Shown: positions 9,168 through 19,019, counted from the stretch's first letter. The stretch: 64,000 nt of DNA from an uncultured Gammaproteobacteria bacterium (GCA_964390595.1 CAYMIA010000005.1:3586-67585), one strand, 5' to 3'. The notes: generated by a model from the sequence alone, not told the origin. Numbers and translations are program-made.

Positions 9168-9758
9168 ATGGCTAATGGAATTGAACTAGAAGCTAGATTT
9201 TTACTGGTTCCCTCGCAGACTGATGAGATTTTAATTGATCAGTTCGTTGATTCTGGAGCAAAATATCTGGGGCATGTGATTTTAACCGATCTGATGTATA
9301 TCACTTCTAAAGGAGGGTTTTCTGAGATGGTGCTTCGAGTCCGCGACGATGGATCAGCCGTAACTTTAACGAGAAAAATATTTGGAGCGGTTAGTTTAGC
9401 TACTTTAGAGGAAGAGTTGGAGATTCCGAGTGTTGAATACGCCGTTGATTTGCTAGAAAATGAGTTGGGTTACCACAGAACGGGAGTGCAGCAGCAATCG
9501 GTTCATAAATTTTTGTATGCAGAGGAGCAAACTGAAACAACAATTAGGAGATGGCCAGCTCCAAATGGAATTATACCAAGGTATGTTGAAGTTGAAGGTC
9601 CATCTGAGGAAGCGATTCGATCAACTGCGGGGCGTTTGGGTTTTGATTGGCAGGATGTTAAATTGGAGAGTCCAAGATGGATCTTAACTAATTATTTTGG
9701 TTTTCCAGTTAGAAGGTTTAAAAAATGTACTTTTGATGAGATTCTAGAAGCTGATTAA
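9168..9758 (+). CDS. CYTH (triphosphate tunnel metalloenzyme)-like domain protein; probable start at ATG 9168 rather than ORF-track start 9090
   Basis: MANGIELEARFLLV (ExExK-like opening motif), VLRVRDDG...TLTRK, YVEVEGPSEE (ExE) motifs; a hairpin+T-run at 9105-9125 lies inside the longer ORF. Confidence 0.5.
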   Translation: MANGIELEARFLLVPSQTDEILIDQFVDSGAKYLGHVILTDLMYITSKGGFSEMVLRVRDDGSAVTLTRKIFGAVSLATLEEELEIPSVEYAVDLLENELGYHRTGVQQQSVHKFLYAEEQTETTIRRWPAPNGIIPRYVEVEGPSEEAIRSTAGRLGFDWQDVKLESPRWILTNYFGFPVRRFKKCTFDEILEAD

Positions 9759-10888
9759 TTTAAAATTCTCACCACTCCCCTTTTGGCATCAACTTCAATT
9801 AGATCACCATTTTTTAAAATTTGAGTAGCATTTTTAGTTCCGACAATGCAGGGGATTTTCATTTCTCTGGAGACAATTGCAGCGTGAGATAATACCCCAC
9901 CTAGATCGGTAATAATTGCTTTGGCCTGTTTCATTAAAGGGATAAAATTTGGAGTAGTCATATCGGTGACTAGAATTGAGTTTTTATTTAACTGAGTACC
10001 ATTTAATTCTTGGCTTAGAATGATTTGGACTGTCCCGGTAGCCTCTCCTGGAGATCCAATTTGACCTTTGACTACTTCCCTATCTGTTTGGCTGTGAGTA
10101 GGAGGGATGGAGAAATCTTGATAGAGATCGCCCAAGGTGCGGTTATAATCAGTAAACCAAAGTCCATATTCTTCGGTAGTCACCGCTTCGAAATAACCGT
10201 TCAAATAATAGTTAGTGAATTTAGCGTTGAGCTTTTCAATTAAAGTAGTTCTTTGATGAATATCTAAAACATGGAGAGTTTGGAGAATTTCCAGCAAAAC
10301 TTTTTTAGGATCTTCAGGTAGATCTTTCGGCCAAGTTTGGTAATCATAAAAAAAGGTTTCTGGTTTACCTTCATCGTGAAAGCCGTGAGTTAATTGGTGA
10401 TGGCGCCCTTGAATAATTTCGCCATAAATACCTCGAGGAGCGATGACAAAGATAGTGGAATAAATTGTGTTGTCAGAATGAGGAACAAAATAGGCTTTGT
10501 AGTTTTTAGGGTCAATTGATTGCTCATAAAACCAAACCATCGCTTTTTCAACTGTGTGTCCCCTCATCCGGAGCTTGGGGAGTTTTGGATCAAGTGGGAC
10601 TAGGCGGAGAGCACAGAGGTCTTGGTTGTGGTCTTTATAAAATTCTTGAAAAACTGGGGTGTTTTCCACTAGGTCTATGGCTAGCATTTGGGTAGGTTTG
10701 TCATAGGGGAGATTAATAACTTTATTTAAAAACTCCAAGCGTTCTGGTTTTTGGTTATCTTCAAGACGAAGAGCTTCAGTATCTTTGTGCCCAGCTGCTT
10801 CAAACCATTCAGTTAAAGAGATTTGAGTTTTTAACAATTCAGTGATGTCAGCTTTTTGAGACATAAGGAGATGACTCTTGTTTACCAC
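9755..10888 (-). CDS. PEP-utilising-enzyme mobile-domain protein (phosphohistidine swivel domain at C-terminus, uncharacterised N-terminal domain)
   Basis: C-terminal ILVTDMTTPNFIPLMKQAKAIITDLGGVLSHAAIVSREMKIPCIVG matches the PEP-utilising mobile domain (GGxxSHAAI). Confidence 0.55.
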   Translation of the reverse strand: MVNKSHLLMSQKADITELLKTQISLTEWFEAAGHKDTEALRLEDNQKPERLEFLNKVINLPYDKPTQMLAIDLVENTPVFQEFYKDHNQDLCALRLVPLDPKLPKLRMRGHTVEKAMVWFYEQSIDPKNYKAYFVPHSDNTIYSTIFVIAPRGIYGEIIQGRHHQLTHGFHDEGKPETFFYDYQTWPKDLPEDPKKVLLEILQTLHVLDIHQRTTLIEKLNAKFTNYYLNGYFEAVTTEEYGLWFTDYNRTLGDLYQDFSIPPTHSQTDREVVKGQIGSPGEATGTVQIILSQELNGTQLNKNSILVTDMTTPNFIPLMKQAKAIITDLGGVLSHAAIVSREMKIPCIVGTKNATQILKNGDLIEVDAKRGVVRILN

Positions 10889-10977
10889 AAAGAAAGGGGA
10901 ATTGTATAGAGTGTGTTTGACAAATTGGTTGGTTAAGATGAGTTGTTTTTAAAATTCTAAAAAGGTACCATCAATTA

Positions 10978-11319
10978 GTGGATACAACTAATAATATTAT
11001 AAAGAAAATCCTGTTAATTACGGCGAGTGAAATTATTCTGCTATTGTTGATTGCGTCATTTTTCTATTTCAATCTTTCCACAACTAAGAGCAGTCCTACA
11101 GATAATAATTTGGGAGCGGTTTTAGCTCTCTTGTTCTTTGGTCGTGTTGCATCTTATGCAGTATTTTTATTCGGACTTATTGTAGCTTACCTGTGGATTA
11201 GAAATTCAGTTGGTAAAAGATTATTTTATTGCTTAGTAACTTTGCTAGTTAGTTTAGTGATTAATTTTTTTGTTTACCCTGTGATAAGTTTTGTAATTGG
11301 TCTGATTATAGGTGCCTAG
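10978..11319 (+). CDS. small membrane protein (3 TM)
   Basis: hydrophobic ORF; possible TTGACA -35 upstream. Confidence 0.35.
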   Translation: MDTTNNIIKKILLITASEIILLLLIASFFYFNLSTTKSSPTDNNLGAVLALLFFGRVASYAVFLFGLIVAYLWIRNSVGKRLFYCLVTLLVSLVINFFVYPVISFVIGLIIGA

Positions 11320-11350
11320 AATTAAATCTTTTCTAGCATTGCTTGGTTGG

Positions 11351-12769
11351 CTATGAGATTCTTGGAAAGAGGGGAGAGCTGGATTTTATTTCTCCAGAGA
11401 ACTGTTTTAAGATTTTGGCTGATGTTTCAGGGAGAAAGGGTTGCAAGTTAAAGGCCACTATTTGGATGACTTTTACCAGATCAGTTAAAACTTCTTTAGC
11501 CCTCTCCCCTTCTAATTCCCAGGGTTTATCCCGGTTTACTTTTTGATCGGCTTCGGTAATAGTTGTCCAGATCCACTTTAAGGCTTCACTAAATTTGAAT
11601 TCTTGGAGATTCTTTTCAATGATCTCTTCAAAAACTTTTGGTGGTTCGGGGGCGGTTAAGTGATGATTTTCCGCAAGGCGAGCGACTCTGGCTACTAAAT
11701 TACCTAGGCCGTTAGCCAAATCAGCATTGTAGACTTCCTCAAATCTTTCTGGATCAAAATCGCCGTCGCCATTTATAGGGATTTGCGAGAGCATGTAATA
11801 TCTAATGGGTTCGAGTCCATACTTTTCAATGACCTCCTTTGGTTCTGGGGCATTGCCTAAAGATTTAGAAAATTTTTCGCCACCTTTAGCGTTAACAAAA
11901 CCGTGAATTAAAATCTGCTTGGGTAGAGAGATTCCAGCTGACAGAAGCATCGCTGGCCAATAGACTGTGTGAAACCGGTTAATATCCTTGCCAATAACAT
12001 GAAGATCAGCTGGCCACCACTTACTCCACTTCTCCTCGTTCCACCCAAAACCAATTCCAGTCATATAAATATTTAAGGCGTCAAACCAAACATAGATCTT
12101 TTGGGTATCATCTTCTGGAACAGGGACCCCCACTCCCCTGGCCCGTTCATTAGACCTGGAAATACTGAAATCTTCTAGCCCGGATTTGATGAAAGAGAGA
12201 GCCTCGGCTCTTTTGTTTTCGGGAGTGATTTTAAAATCTTCATTCTCGATTAATTTAATAAGTTGTGCTTGATACTTAGAAAGTTTAAAAAAATAGTTTT
12301 CTTCTTGAATTCGGTCGGGCTTTTTTTGATGGATAGGACAAAGACCATTGACTAACTCAGCCTCTGTCTTAAAAGATTCGCAGCCAACACAATACCAGCC
12401 TTCGTAGGACTTTTTATAAATATCGCCATTTTCTTGACAGAGCTTCCAGAGCTTTTGGACACCGGGCCAATGTTTTTCTTGATCAGAACCTCTTTGAAAA
12501 ACGTCAAGATGGACGCCAACTAGCTCATAGGTATCTTTCCAGATTTGGGAATATTTATCTAAGTAGTCTTGAACTTCTAAGCCCTCTTTTTCAGCTGCTT
12601 GAACGTTCTTTAAAGCATTCTCGTCCGCGCCAGAGAGCAGGAGAGTCTCATCCCCTATTAAGTCGTGATACCGTTTGATAGTATCAGCTTGGAAGTATTC
12701 TAATGTATGCCCAATATGCGCCTTGCCGTTAACATAAGGGATGGCTGTGGTTAGGTAATATTTAGACAT
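11351..12769 (-). CDS. metG: methionyl-tRNA synthetase (short form)
   Basis: class I aaRS: AIPYVNGKAHIGHTLEY (HIGH), KFSKSLGN (KMSKS), zinc knuckle CxxC...CPIH, anticodon-binding C-terminus. Confidence 0.85.
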   Translation of the reverse strand: MSKYYLTTAIPYVNGKAHIGHTLEYFQADTIKRYHDLIGDETLLLSGADENALKNVQAAEKEGLEVQDYLDKYSQIWKDTYELVGVHLDVFQRGSDQEKHWPGVQKLWKLCQENGDIYKKSYEGWYCVGCESFKTEAELVNGLCPIHQKKPDRIQEENYFFKLSKYQAQLIKLIENEDFKITPENKRAEALSFIKSGLEDFSISRSNERARGVGVPVPEDDTQKIYVWFDALNIYMTGIGFGWNEEKWSKWWPADLHVIGKDINRFHTVYWPAMLLSAGISLPKQILIHGFVNAKGGEKFSKSLGNAPEPKEVIEKYGLEPIRYYMLSQIPINGDGDFDPERFEEVYNADLANGLGNLVARVARLAENHHLTAPEPPKVFEEIIEKNLQEFKFSEALKWIWTTITEADQKVNRDKPWELEGERAKEVLTDLVKVIQIVAFNLQPFLPETSAKILKQFSGEIKSSSPLFPRIS

Positions 12770-13154
12770 TTTTGACCTTTCTGAATTCGCCGCTTCGACG
12801 GTTAGGCATAAGTTTATTGATTTGGCGTTTGATTGTCAAACCACGGTTGGGGAGAAAGCGGTAGAGTAGGATGGTTAAGATGACTACAAAAAAGATGGTT
12901 ACAATATTTAATTTGTCTAAAGACTGAAGAGTGGTGATGAACATCAGCCCTAGTCCAAAGGCGAAACTTCTCATGATATGGTTCAGGAGTAGGTTAATAA
13001 TGCCTGTGAAAAGTAAAAGTAAAGGGATAAAGAGGCTGAGGATTTGAGTTATAGAAGCGGTTTCCCAAGTTTTGGGTGGGGGAGTGAAAAAAATAATGCA
13101 GCTTAAAATTCCAGCAAATAGAACGACAAAAAGCAGTCTGGTTAGAAATGACAT
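12762..13154 (-). CDS. membrane protein, hypothetical
   Basis: 4 hydrophobic helices; start overlaps metG. Confidence 0.4.
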   Translation of the reverse strand: MSFLTRLLFVVLFAGILSCIIFFTPPPKTWETASITQILSLFIPLLLLFTGIINLLLNHIMRSFAFGLGLMFITTLQSLDKLNIVTIFFVVILTILLYRFLPNRGLTIKRQINKLMPNRRSGEFRKVKNV

Positions 13155-13174
13155 ATATAATATTGTAGCTTAAT

Positions 13175-13711
13175 GTGGACAAGCCAGCCAGCTTGATTTA
13201 TAATTCCAAAACTATGAGTTTGAGTCCGGATAGAATTATTGAGTTAGATAAGCAGTATCAGGGGTTGAGTACTCCTTTGGGTAGGATGGGAAATTTGTTT
13301 GAGAGATTGGAGCCAGCAGGTGAGGTTAATGGTTTAGAAACAAGGCGGAAGTTTCTAGAAAAACTAAAAGGTCAGTATGGGGAGATAGTAATTAGAAGGG
13401 ACTCTGCGGATTGGGGCAAAGGTTCTGACCTAGCTTATGATGTAGGTTTAGCTGGCTTGCAGCTAACTTTTGCCAGAAGGTATTTTATGATAACTCTACA
13501 TCAAGGGTTAGAGTTGAGGGTGGGAGATCAAAGTATAGGTGTTTTAAACTTAGATCCGGCTGATGGATTGCACATAAGCTTACCAGTTGCTTATAACCGA
13601 ACCTCAGAATCTAAAAAGATAATAATAGACCGAGCCCTTAACTGGGTTAAATCAACAATTGATTATGGAATTGTAGTTGTTCCGCCGTTCAATTTCAGAC
13701 TTAACTATTAA
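13175..13711 (+). CDS. hypothetical protein
   Basis: ORF only; no motif. Confidence 0.3.
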   Translation: MDKPASLIYNSKTMSLSPDRIIELDKQYQGLSTPLGRMGNLFERLEPAGEVNGLETRRKFLEKLKGQYGEIVIRRDSADWGKGSDLAYDVGLAGLQLTFARRYFMITLHQGLELRVGDQSIGVLNLDPADGLHISLPVAYNRTSESKKIIIDRALNWVKSTIDYGIVVVPPFNFRLNY

Positions 13712-15932
13712 TAACTTCAAAGGTGGAGCCGGAGGCGTTTTTGGAGACTTCAATGCGGGTGGGGAATTCAGCTTTTAGTTCTTCAATATGAGTAATGACT
13801 ACTATCTTTTCAAAATCTGCTTTAATGGTGTCTAGAACTTCGACTAATCTGGCGCGGCCAGGAGCATCTTGAGTGCCAAAGCCTTCATCGATGACTAAGA
13901 ATTGCAATTTTGCTCCAGCACGGTGAGCAAGTAGCTTGGAGATAGCTAGTCTGATTGCAAAATTAACCCGGAAAGTTTCTCCGCCAGAGTAGAGTTCATA
14001 TGCCCGCTCCCCCATTTCATCAGAGATAACGATATCTAGAGTTTCGACTGTGGCGTGTTCTTTTTTTCCATCGAGTCCAGCCACTTTAGTTTTGGTTTCT
14101 TTTTGAGTATCTAATCTAATCTTCATCCGACCTTCGGTTAACTTATCAAGCAGGTTGTTAGACTCCTCTTCGATTTCGGGGATGGCGTTTTCGATGATCA
14201 TCGCTTGAATGCCTTTTTTGCCAAAAGCGAGGGAGAGTTCCTCATAAATTTCTTTCTCTTTAGTTAATTTAGATTTTTCTGCATGTTTGGTTTTGAATAA
14301 TTCTTCTAATTGTTTGGTGCGGGAGACTAGTTGATTGGCTTCTCCGTACTTTGAGCGAAGCTCCATAACTTTTTCTTGGAGTTCTTCATGAATTTGATTT
14401 TGAGCTTTTAATTGTTGTTCAATTTCAGATAATTTGGATAAGAAGATATTGAGTTGTTCCTCAAAATCGGCGGCTTTTTCTAATTCTTTTTGTTTAGACT
14501 CATAAATTTTTTCTAGATCGGTGACCGCTTCTGTGTGAGTTTTAACAGCGATTTCAGCTTGACTTAGTTTTAAATAGAGGTCTTTGTAGTGGTCTAGAGA
14601 GATTAGTTCTGTGGAGATAGTGGAGTAATCTTTGGTGGCCTCCTCTAAAATTTTAACCTCCGCTCCCTTTTTCTCAGCCTGAGCGATTTCTGGAAGGATG
14701 ATAGACTGGTATTTTTTAAGGGTAGTTTCTAGGGTTGTTAACTCCTGTTGGTTTCTAGCGATGAGGGATGAATTATGAGTAATGAGTTCCTTATTTTTAC
14801 CCTCGCCAATAGGTTGGTTGCAAGTAGGGCAGATGGTTTTTTGATTTTTCAGTTGATCGATCTGATGCTTGTGGGTTTCACTTTCTGTAGTTAGAGCTTT
14901 AATTTTCAATTCAACTTCAGAGATAGCGTCTTTGCGTTTGTTTTCTCTGTCGCTGATAATTTTTTCGATCTGAACTAATTCATCTTTAGCTTTTATCAAA
15001 TCAGAGCGCTTTTGTTCTAATTGTTGTTTTTGAGTTTGGAGTAGTTCAATTTTTTCGTAGTTGGTTTCAATTTCAGTTTTCTGATCAAGGATCTGCTGAA
15101 AATCCAGTTGGGCTTGTTTTTTAAGATCAATCTGGGACTTTAGGGAGGTGAGTTCATCTTTGATATTTTGATAGCGCTCTTTTTGTGCCTCTAGACTTTG
15201 GACTTTGGTGTGAATAATTTGTTTTTCATCCTCTATGGTTTTAATTAACTTTTCCAGATCTTTGAGCTGCTCTCCAGCTTCTTCGCCTTGCTTCCTAATC
15301 TCTGAAAGGTTTTTTTCGCGTTCTTCTTTTTGAGAGAGCTCAGCTTCAATTTCTAAGACTTGGTATTCTAATAGTTGCAGTTTAGTTTGAAGATCTTTGG
15401 CCTGGTCTTTAGCTTTTTCTTCTAGTTTATCATAGTGATCCAGACCTAAAATGTCTGCCAAAATTCTTTTCCGGTCAGTTGGACCTTTAGTAGTAAATTC
15501 ATCAGCATGACCTTGGCGGATAAAAGAGGAGTTGGTAAAAGTTTCATAGGTTAGGTGGAGGGTATCAATTATTTTTTGTTGAGTAGCTTTGATGGTGCCT
15601 TCAGTTAAGTTGTGAGAGTTTGACCAAACTTCTAGGGCGGTATTGCCGCCGCCCTTTTTAGTGCGGGCTCTTTTGATGGTGTATTCATGGCCATCTAAAT
15701 CAAAAGAAAATTCCACAAACATTTTTTCGCTACCTAGTCTAATTAACCCATCTGCTGAATCTCCAGCGCGTGAGGCGCCCCAAACACACCAAGTGATGGC
15801 ATCAAGAAGTGAAGACTTGCCTGCACCGTTGTGTCCAGAGATGGCCGCCATATGAAAGCTGGTAAAATCCAACTCTGGTACGTTCTCACCATAGCTAGTG
15901 AAGTTTTGTAGTTTTAATTTAAGGGGGATCAT
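13701..15932 (-). CDS. sbcC: SbcC/Rad50-family DNA double-strand-break repair ATPase
   Basis: N-terminal Walker A ISGHNGAGKSSLLDAITWCVWG, long coiled coil with central zinc hook CPTC, C-terminal signature LYSGGETFRV and Walker B LQFLVIDEGFG. Confidence 0.8.
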   Translation of the reverse strand: MIPLKLKLQNFTSYGENVPELDFTSFHMAAISGHNGAGKSSLLDAITWCVWGASRAGDSADGLIRLGSEKMFVEFSFDLDGHEYTIKRARTKKGGGNTALEVWSNSHNLTEGTIKATQQKIIDTLHLTYETFTNSSFIRQGHADEFTTKGPTDRKRILADILGLDHYDKLEEKAKDQAKDLQTKLQLLEYQVLEIEAELSQKEEREKNLSEIRKQGEEAGEQLKDLEKLIKTIEDEKQIIHTKVQSLEAQKERYQNIKDELTSLKSQIDLKKQAQLDFQQILDQKTEIETNYEKIELLQTQKQQLEQKRSDLIKAKDELVQIEKIISDRENKRKDAISEVELKIKALTTESETHKHQIDQLKNQKTICPTCNQPIGEGKNKELITHNSSLIARNQQELTTLETTLKKYQSIILPEIAQAEKKGAEVKILEEATKDYSTISTELISLDHYKDLYLKLSQAEIAVKTHTEAVTDLEKIYESKQKELEKAADFEEQLNIFLSKLSEIEQQLKAQNQIHEELQEKVMELRSKYGEANQLVSRTKQLEELFKTKHAEKSKLTKEKEIYEELSLAFGKKGIQAMIIENAIPEIEEESNNLLDKLTEGRMKIRLDTQKETKTKVAGLDGKKEHATVETLDIVISDEMGERAYELYSGGETFRVNFAIRLAISKLLAHRAGAKLQFLVIDEGFGTQDAPGRARLVEVLDTIKADFEKIVVITHIEELKAEFPTRIEVSKNASGSTFEVINS

Positions 15933-15935
15933 AGA

Positions 15936-16517
15936 TTATTCAATGATGATGTTGAAACTTTTTAAAAGCGAGAGAGCTTCTGGAACTGAAAATTTAGCCT
16001 TTTTGATTTTACTGGCATTAACATCAATAAAATAGTTTTTGGCTTGCCTAAAATCAGCCTCAGTTAGATTAGTTTTAAAAAACTTGCTGTTTTCTAAATC
16101 GGTGTTGGTAAAAATACTTTTGTTTAAATCAGCTTCTGTAAAATCAACTTCTTTGGCCTCACAATCAGTGATTTTAGTTTGGGGTATTTTAAGCCCGGTA
16201 AAGTTAGAATAATTGATTTGAGAATGATTAAATTCTAAATCATGCAAATTAGAAGCTTTGGTCCAGTCAAATCCAACCACTTTACAATTTACAAATTTAA
16301 TCTCTCCAAAGTTACAATTTATTGGATCGATGGCACTTAAAACACAGTTATTAAAGGTGCAGTTAATAAATTTGCACTTAATGAACTTGCATTTAATAAA
16401 ACTACAATTTTCAAATTGACAATCCTCAAATTCAATTTCTTCAATGACTCCTTCAGAGATAGAAAGAGAGGAAATTTTTTCTTGATAATAAGTTTTTTTA
16501 AGTAAATTATTTGTCAT
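15936..16517 (-). CDS. pentapeptide-repeat protein
   Basis: tandem A(D/N)LxF-type repeats CQFENCSFIKCKFIKCKFINCTFNNCVLSA etc.; 4-nt gap to sbcC start. Confidence 0.7.
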   Translation of the reverse strand: MTNNLLKKTYYQEKISSLSISEGVIEEIEFEDCQFENCSFIKCKFIKCKFINCTFNNCVLSAIDPINCNFGEIKFVNCKVVGFDWTKASNLHDLEFNHSQINYSNFTGLKIPQTKITDCEAKEVDFTEADLNKSIFTNTDLENSKFFKTNLTEADFRQAKNYFIDVNASKIKKAKFSVPEALSLLKSFNIIIE

Positions 16518-16908
16518 TGGCTAAAAATTTCTGTAAAGATTTGGTGATAACCTGCATGTCTGCTAATTCATGCTGGGTTAGTTTGTCGATGTCTTCCCAA
16601 TAAAGATGGTGTTGGTTGTCTAATACTTTTTCAGGGATTGAACCTTCCCATTTAGTTATTAAAAAAGGGAAGAGTGTTTTACCGTCTTTACTTGTATGGC
16701 CTTCTAATAGGAATTGAGAGAAGGTAGTTGGCTTAACTCCTAGCTCTTCTTGAGATTCTCTCATTAAGGTTTGAAGAGGAGTTTCTCCATCCTCCATAGT
16801 GCCTGATGTAAAAGTGGGTAAAGGACTATAGGGATCATTCTCGCTCTTTTTTTCCAAGAGGGCTTGGTTATTTTGGACAAAAATCATGACTACTGATGGC
16901 TTTTTCAT
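16507..16908 (-). CDS. NUDIX hydrolase
   Basis: Nudix box GTMEDGETPLQTLMRESQEELGV; overlaps pentapeptide gene by 11 nt. Confidence 0.6.
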   Translation of the reverse strand: MKKPSVVMIFVQNNQALLEKKSENDPYSPLPTFTSGTMEDGETPLQTLMRESQEELGVKPTTFSQFLLEGHTSKDGKTLFPFLITKWEGSIPEKVLDNQHHLYWEDIDKLTQHELADMQVITKSLQKFLANDK

Positions 16909-16998
16909 TATTAGTACTTGAGTTTATCATACCAAAGAAAAAGCGAATAGAGGTTGAAAAAGTGTGGTATTATGTGAGCCTTAAGCTGCCTAAAGCTT

Positions 16999-17196
16999 AT
17001 GAAGTTTTATAAGTTAAATAGATCGCAGATTGAAAAATTGTCGGATATTTCATCGGATGTTGGGTTAGTGGCAATAGCGTCTGTTTCTATCCCTTCTTTG
17101 TTTGACAAGTTCAGTCTAGTTTTAGTACTATTTGGAATAGTAACAGCCCTCAGTTTTTGGATATTTAGTTTAATGCTTAGGAGAAAATTAAAATGA
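16999..17196 (+). CDS. small hydrophobic peptide (65 aa, 2 TM), followed by a second unlisted 31-aa hydrophobic ORF (17197-17292)
   Basis: extended -10 TGGTATTAT upstream; hydrophobic content. Confidence 0.3.
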   Translation: MKFYKLNRSQIEKLSDISSDVGLVAIASVSIPSLFDKFSLVLVLFGIVTALSFWIFSLMLRRKLK

Positions 17197-17319
17197 CAGA
17201 TGGTTTATTAATGTTTTTAATTTTAGCAATTTTGTTACTAGCTTTAGTGCTGGTAGCACTTCCTACTTTGTGGGATAGAAAAAAGAAATGAGCCAGGTGA
17301 TGTCTTTCAAAGAAAAGGA

Positions 17320-17772
17320 TTAGAAAGATTTGATTGCTTCGAGAAGCTTGTCTACACCGTCAATACTTCTTTCAACTAAGATGTCCCCATATAATACTCT
17401 TTCGTCTGAAGAGAAGGCGATAATCCTGATGTTGGGATCCTGTTGTCTTAAAGCTGTGGTTACTCTGCTACCATCGAGGAGTCTGTGATCTTCAAAGATT
17501 CTCGTGGTTGAACTAGGTTCAAGGATATCAGCTAAGATTGCAACTTGGACCCCTAGGGCTTTGGCTAATTTTGTACCCTCCATTGCAGTATCCAGGTCGC
17601 CAGCTTCATAGACAACGCTGTGACCAGCTTCAGTAAAAAATTTACGTAATTGTCTTCGGAGAGTTTCATTCTCTTCAGTCAGAAACAGTTTAGCCTCTTC
17701 AACCATATTAAGGGAATAATATTCTTGTCCTATAGATTTGTCAATAGTAATCGGTTTTTTGGGAGGAGTCAC
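17320..17772 (-). CDS. standalone response-regulator receiver (CheY-like) domain protein
   Basis: pattern EAGDLDTAMEG...VQVAILADILEP...DGSRVTTALRQQDPNIRIIAFSS resembles receiver fold (acidic pocket, D in ADILEP, conserved S/T and K positions approximate). Confidence 0.4.
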   Translation of the reverse strand: MTPPKKPITIDKSIGQEYYSLNMVEEAKLFLTEENETLRRQLRKFFTEAGHSVVYEAGDLDTAMEGTKLAKALGVQVAILADILEPSSTTRIFEDHRLLDGSRVTTALRQQDPNIRIIAFSSDERVLYGDILVERSIDGVDKLLEAIKSF

Positions 17773-18940
17773 TGTCTAATAATTTAGCTGCATAAGATTC
17801 GAGTTCTTTTTGTTTTTCAGGGGTGAATTTTTTGGAAGTGAAATAAGTTTTTAAAGCTTCGATTGGGGTTAGACGCTCGACTGTTTCTGCGCCTTCAACT
17901 CTCTCCCGGTGGATTCTTTCGATGTTTCTAGAGATGCCGGCGAGAAGATGAGCATCTGATAGAGATTTTTTGATCTTATCCATCTCAATTTCGCCTTCGC
18001 AGGCAGCAGGGATATTAATGGTAACCCGGACAATTTTTTCTTTGACATCGTGTTTTTTTATTTCACCTAAAATAATTTGAGTGAGGTCTTTATCAGCTGC
18101 TTTTAGATTAATAGTGATGGTGAGAAATTCGCGGCAATTGGTGGAGAGGAATTGATAGGAGGACTTTGGGGAGTGAGGAAGGTTAGGGGAGTTGGGGAGT
18201 TCTACTAAAATTAGGCCTTTGTCTTCTTTTTCTTCGCCAAAGTCGATGCGGTGAGGGGAGCCAGCGTAAACTACAAGTGGGTCAGTTGATAAGACTTGGT
18301 GTTTGTGGATATGGCCTAGGGCGACATAGTTTAAGCGGCGGTCTTGTAAAAGTGACAGGGGAATGGTGACGTCATTGGCGATTGCTAATCCTTTTTCGCT
18401 TCCGTATTCAGCGCCTTCAACTTCGCAGTGTGACAAAAGAATAGCAGGGGAGTCAGGTTTAATTTTTTCATATAAAAGATTGAGCCTCTCCCCTACTACT
18501 TTGTAATCATTTTTGTGGAGCCAAGGGAGAGTAATAATTTGTAGATTACCAGATTTAGTATCAATATTTAAAAATTCAATATCACGGCTGACCCAAACAT
18601 TTTCAATTTCTAGCGCTGAATAAATATCCAAAGTGTTGGCGCGGCCCTCAGCATTGGGGGTGTCATGGTTGCCGACAACTAAAATAACAGGAATGTTGCT
18701 TTTGGCAAGACGTTTAATTCTTTCTCCAAAACCTCTTTGCTGAGTTGGGTTAGGGTCACGGGTTTTATAAGCATCTCCTGCAAAAACAACTGCATCCACT
18801 CCCCTTTCAATGGCAGTATCAACTATAAAATCAAAGGTGTTTAAAAAATCAGTTAGTCTGGAAGAAAGTCCAGTTTTGGGATCCAACTTAGAATAGTTCT
18901 CCATCCCGATATGAATATCTGAAAAATGCAGCAGTTTCAT
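17741..18940 (-). CDS. sbcD: SbcD/Mre11-family nuclease
   Basis: calcineurin-like phosphoesterase motifs MKLLHFSDIHIG, FAGDAYKTRDP, VVGNHD, LGHIHK. Confidence 0.8.
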   Translation of the reverse strand: MKLLHFSDIHIGMENYSKLDPKTGLSSRLTDFLNTFDFIVDTAIERGVDAVVFAGDAYKTRDPNPTQQRGFGERIKRLAKSNIPVILVVGNHDTPNAEGRANTLDIYSALEIENVWVSRDIEFLNIDTKSGNLQIITLPWLHKNDYKVVGERLNLLYEKIKPDSPAILLSHCEVEGAEYGSEKGLAIANDVTIPLSLLQDRRLNYVALGHIHKHQVLSTDPLVVYAGSPHRIDFGEEKEDKGLILVELPNSPNLPHSPKSSYQFLSTNCREFLTITINLKAADKDLTQIILGEIKKHDVKEKIVRVTINIPAACEGEIEMDKIKKSLSDAHLLAGISRNIERIHRERVEGAETVERLTPIEALKTYFTSKKFTPEKQKELESYAAKLLDSDSSQKTDYY

Positions 18941-19019
18941 TGCAACCCTGAGTCTAACACATCTAGAAATAAGCGAACAGGTATTGACAGAGTGGGTTTG
19001 TGGGTTATATTTATAGTTA

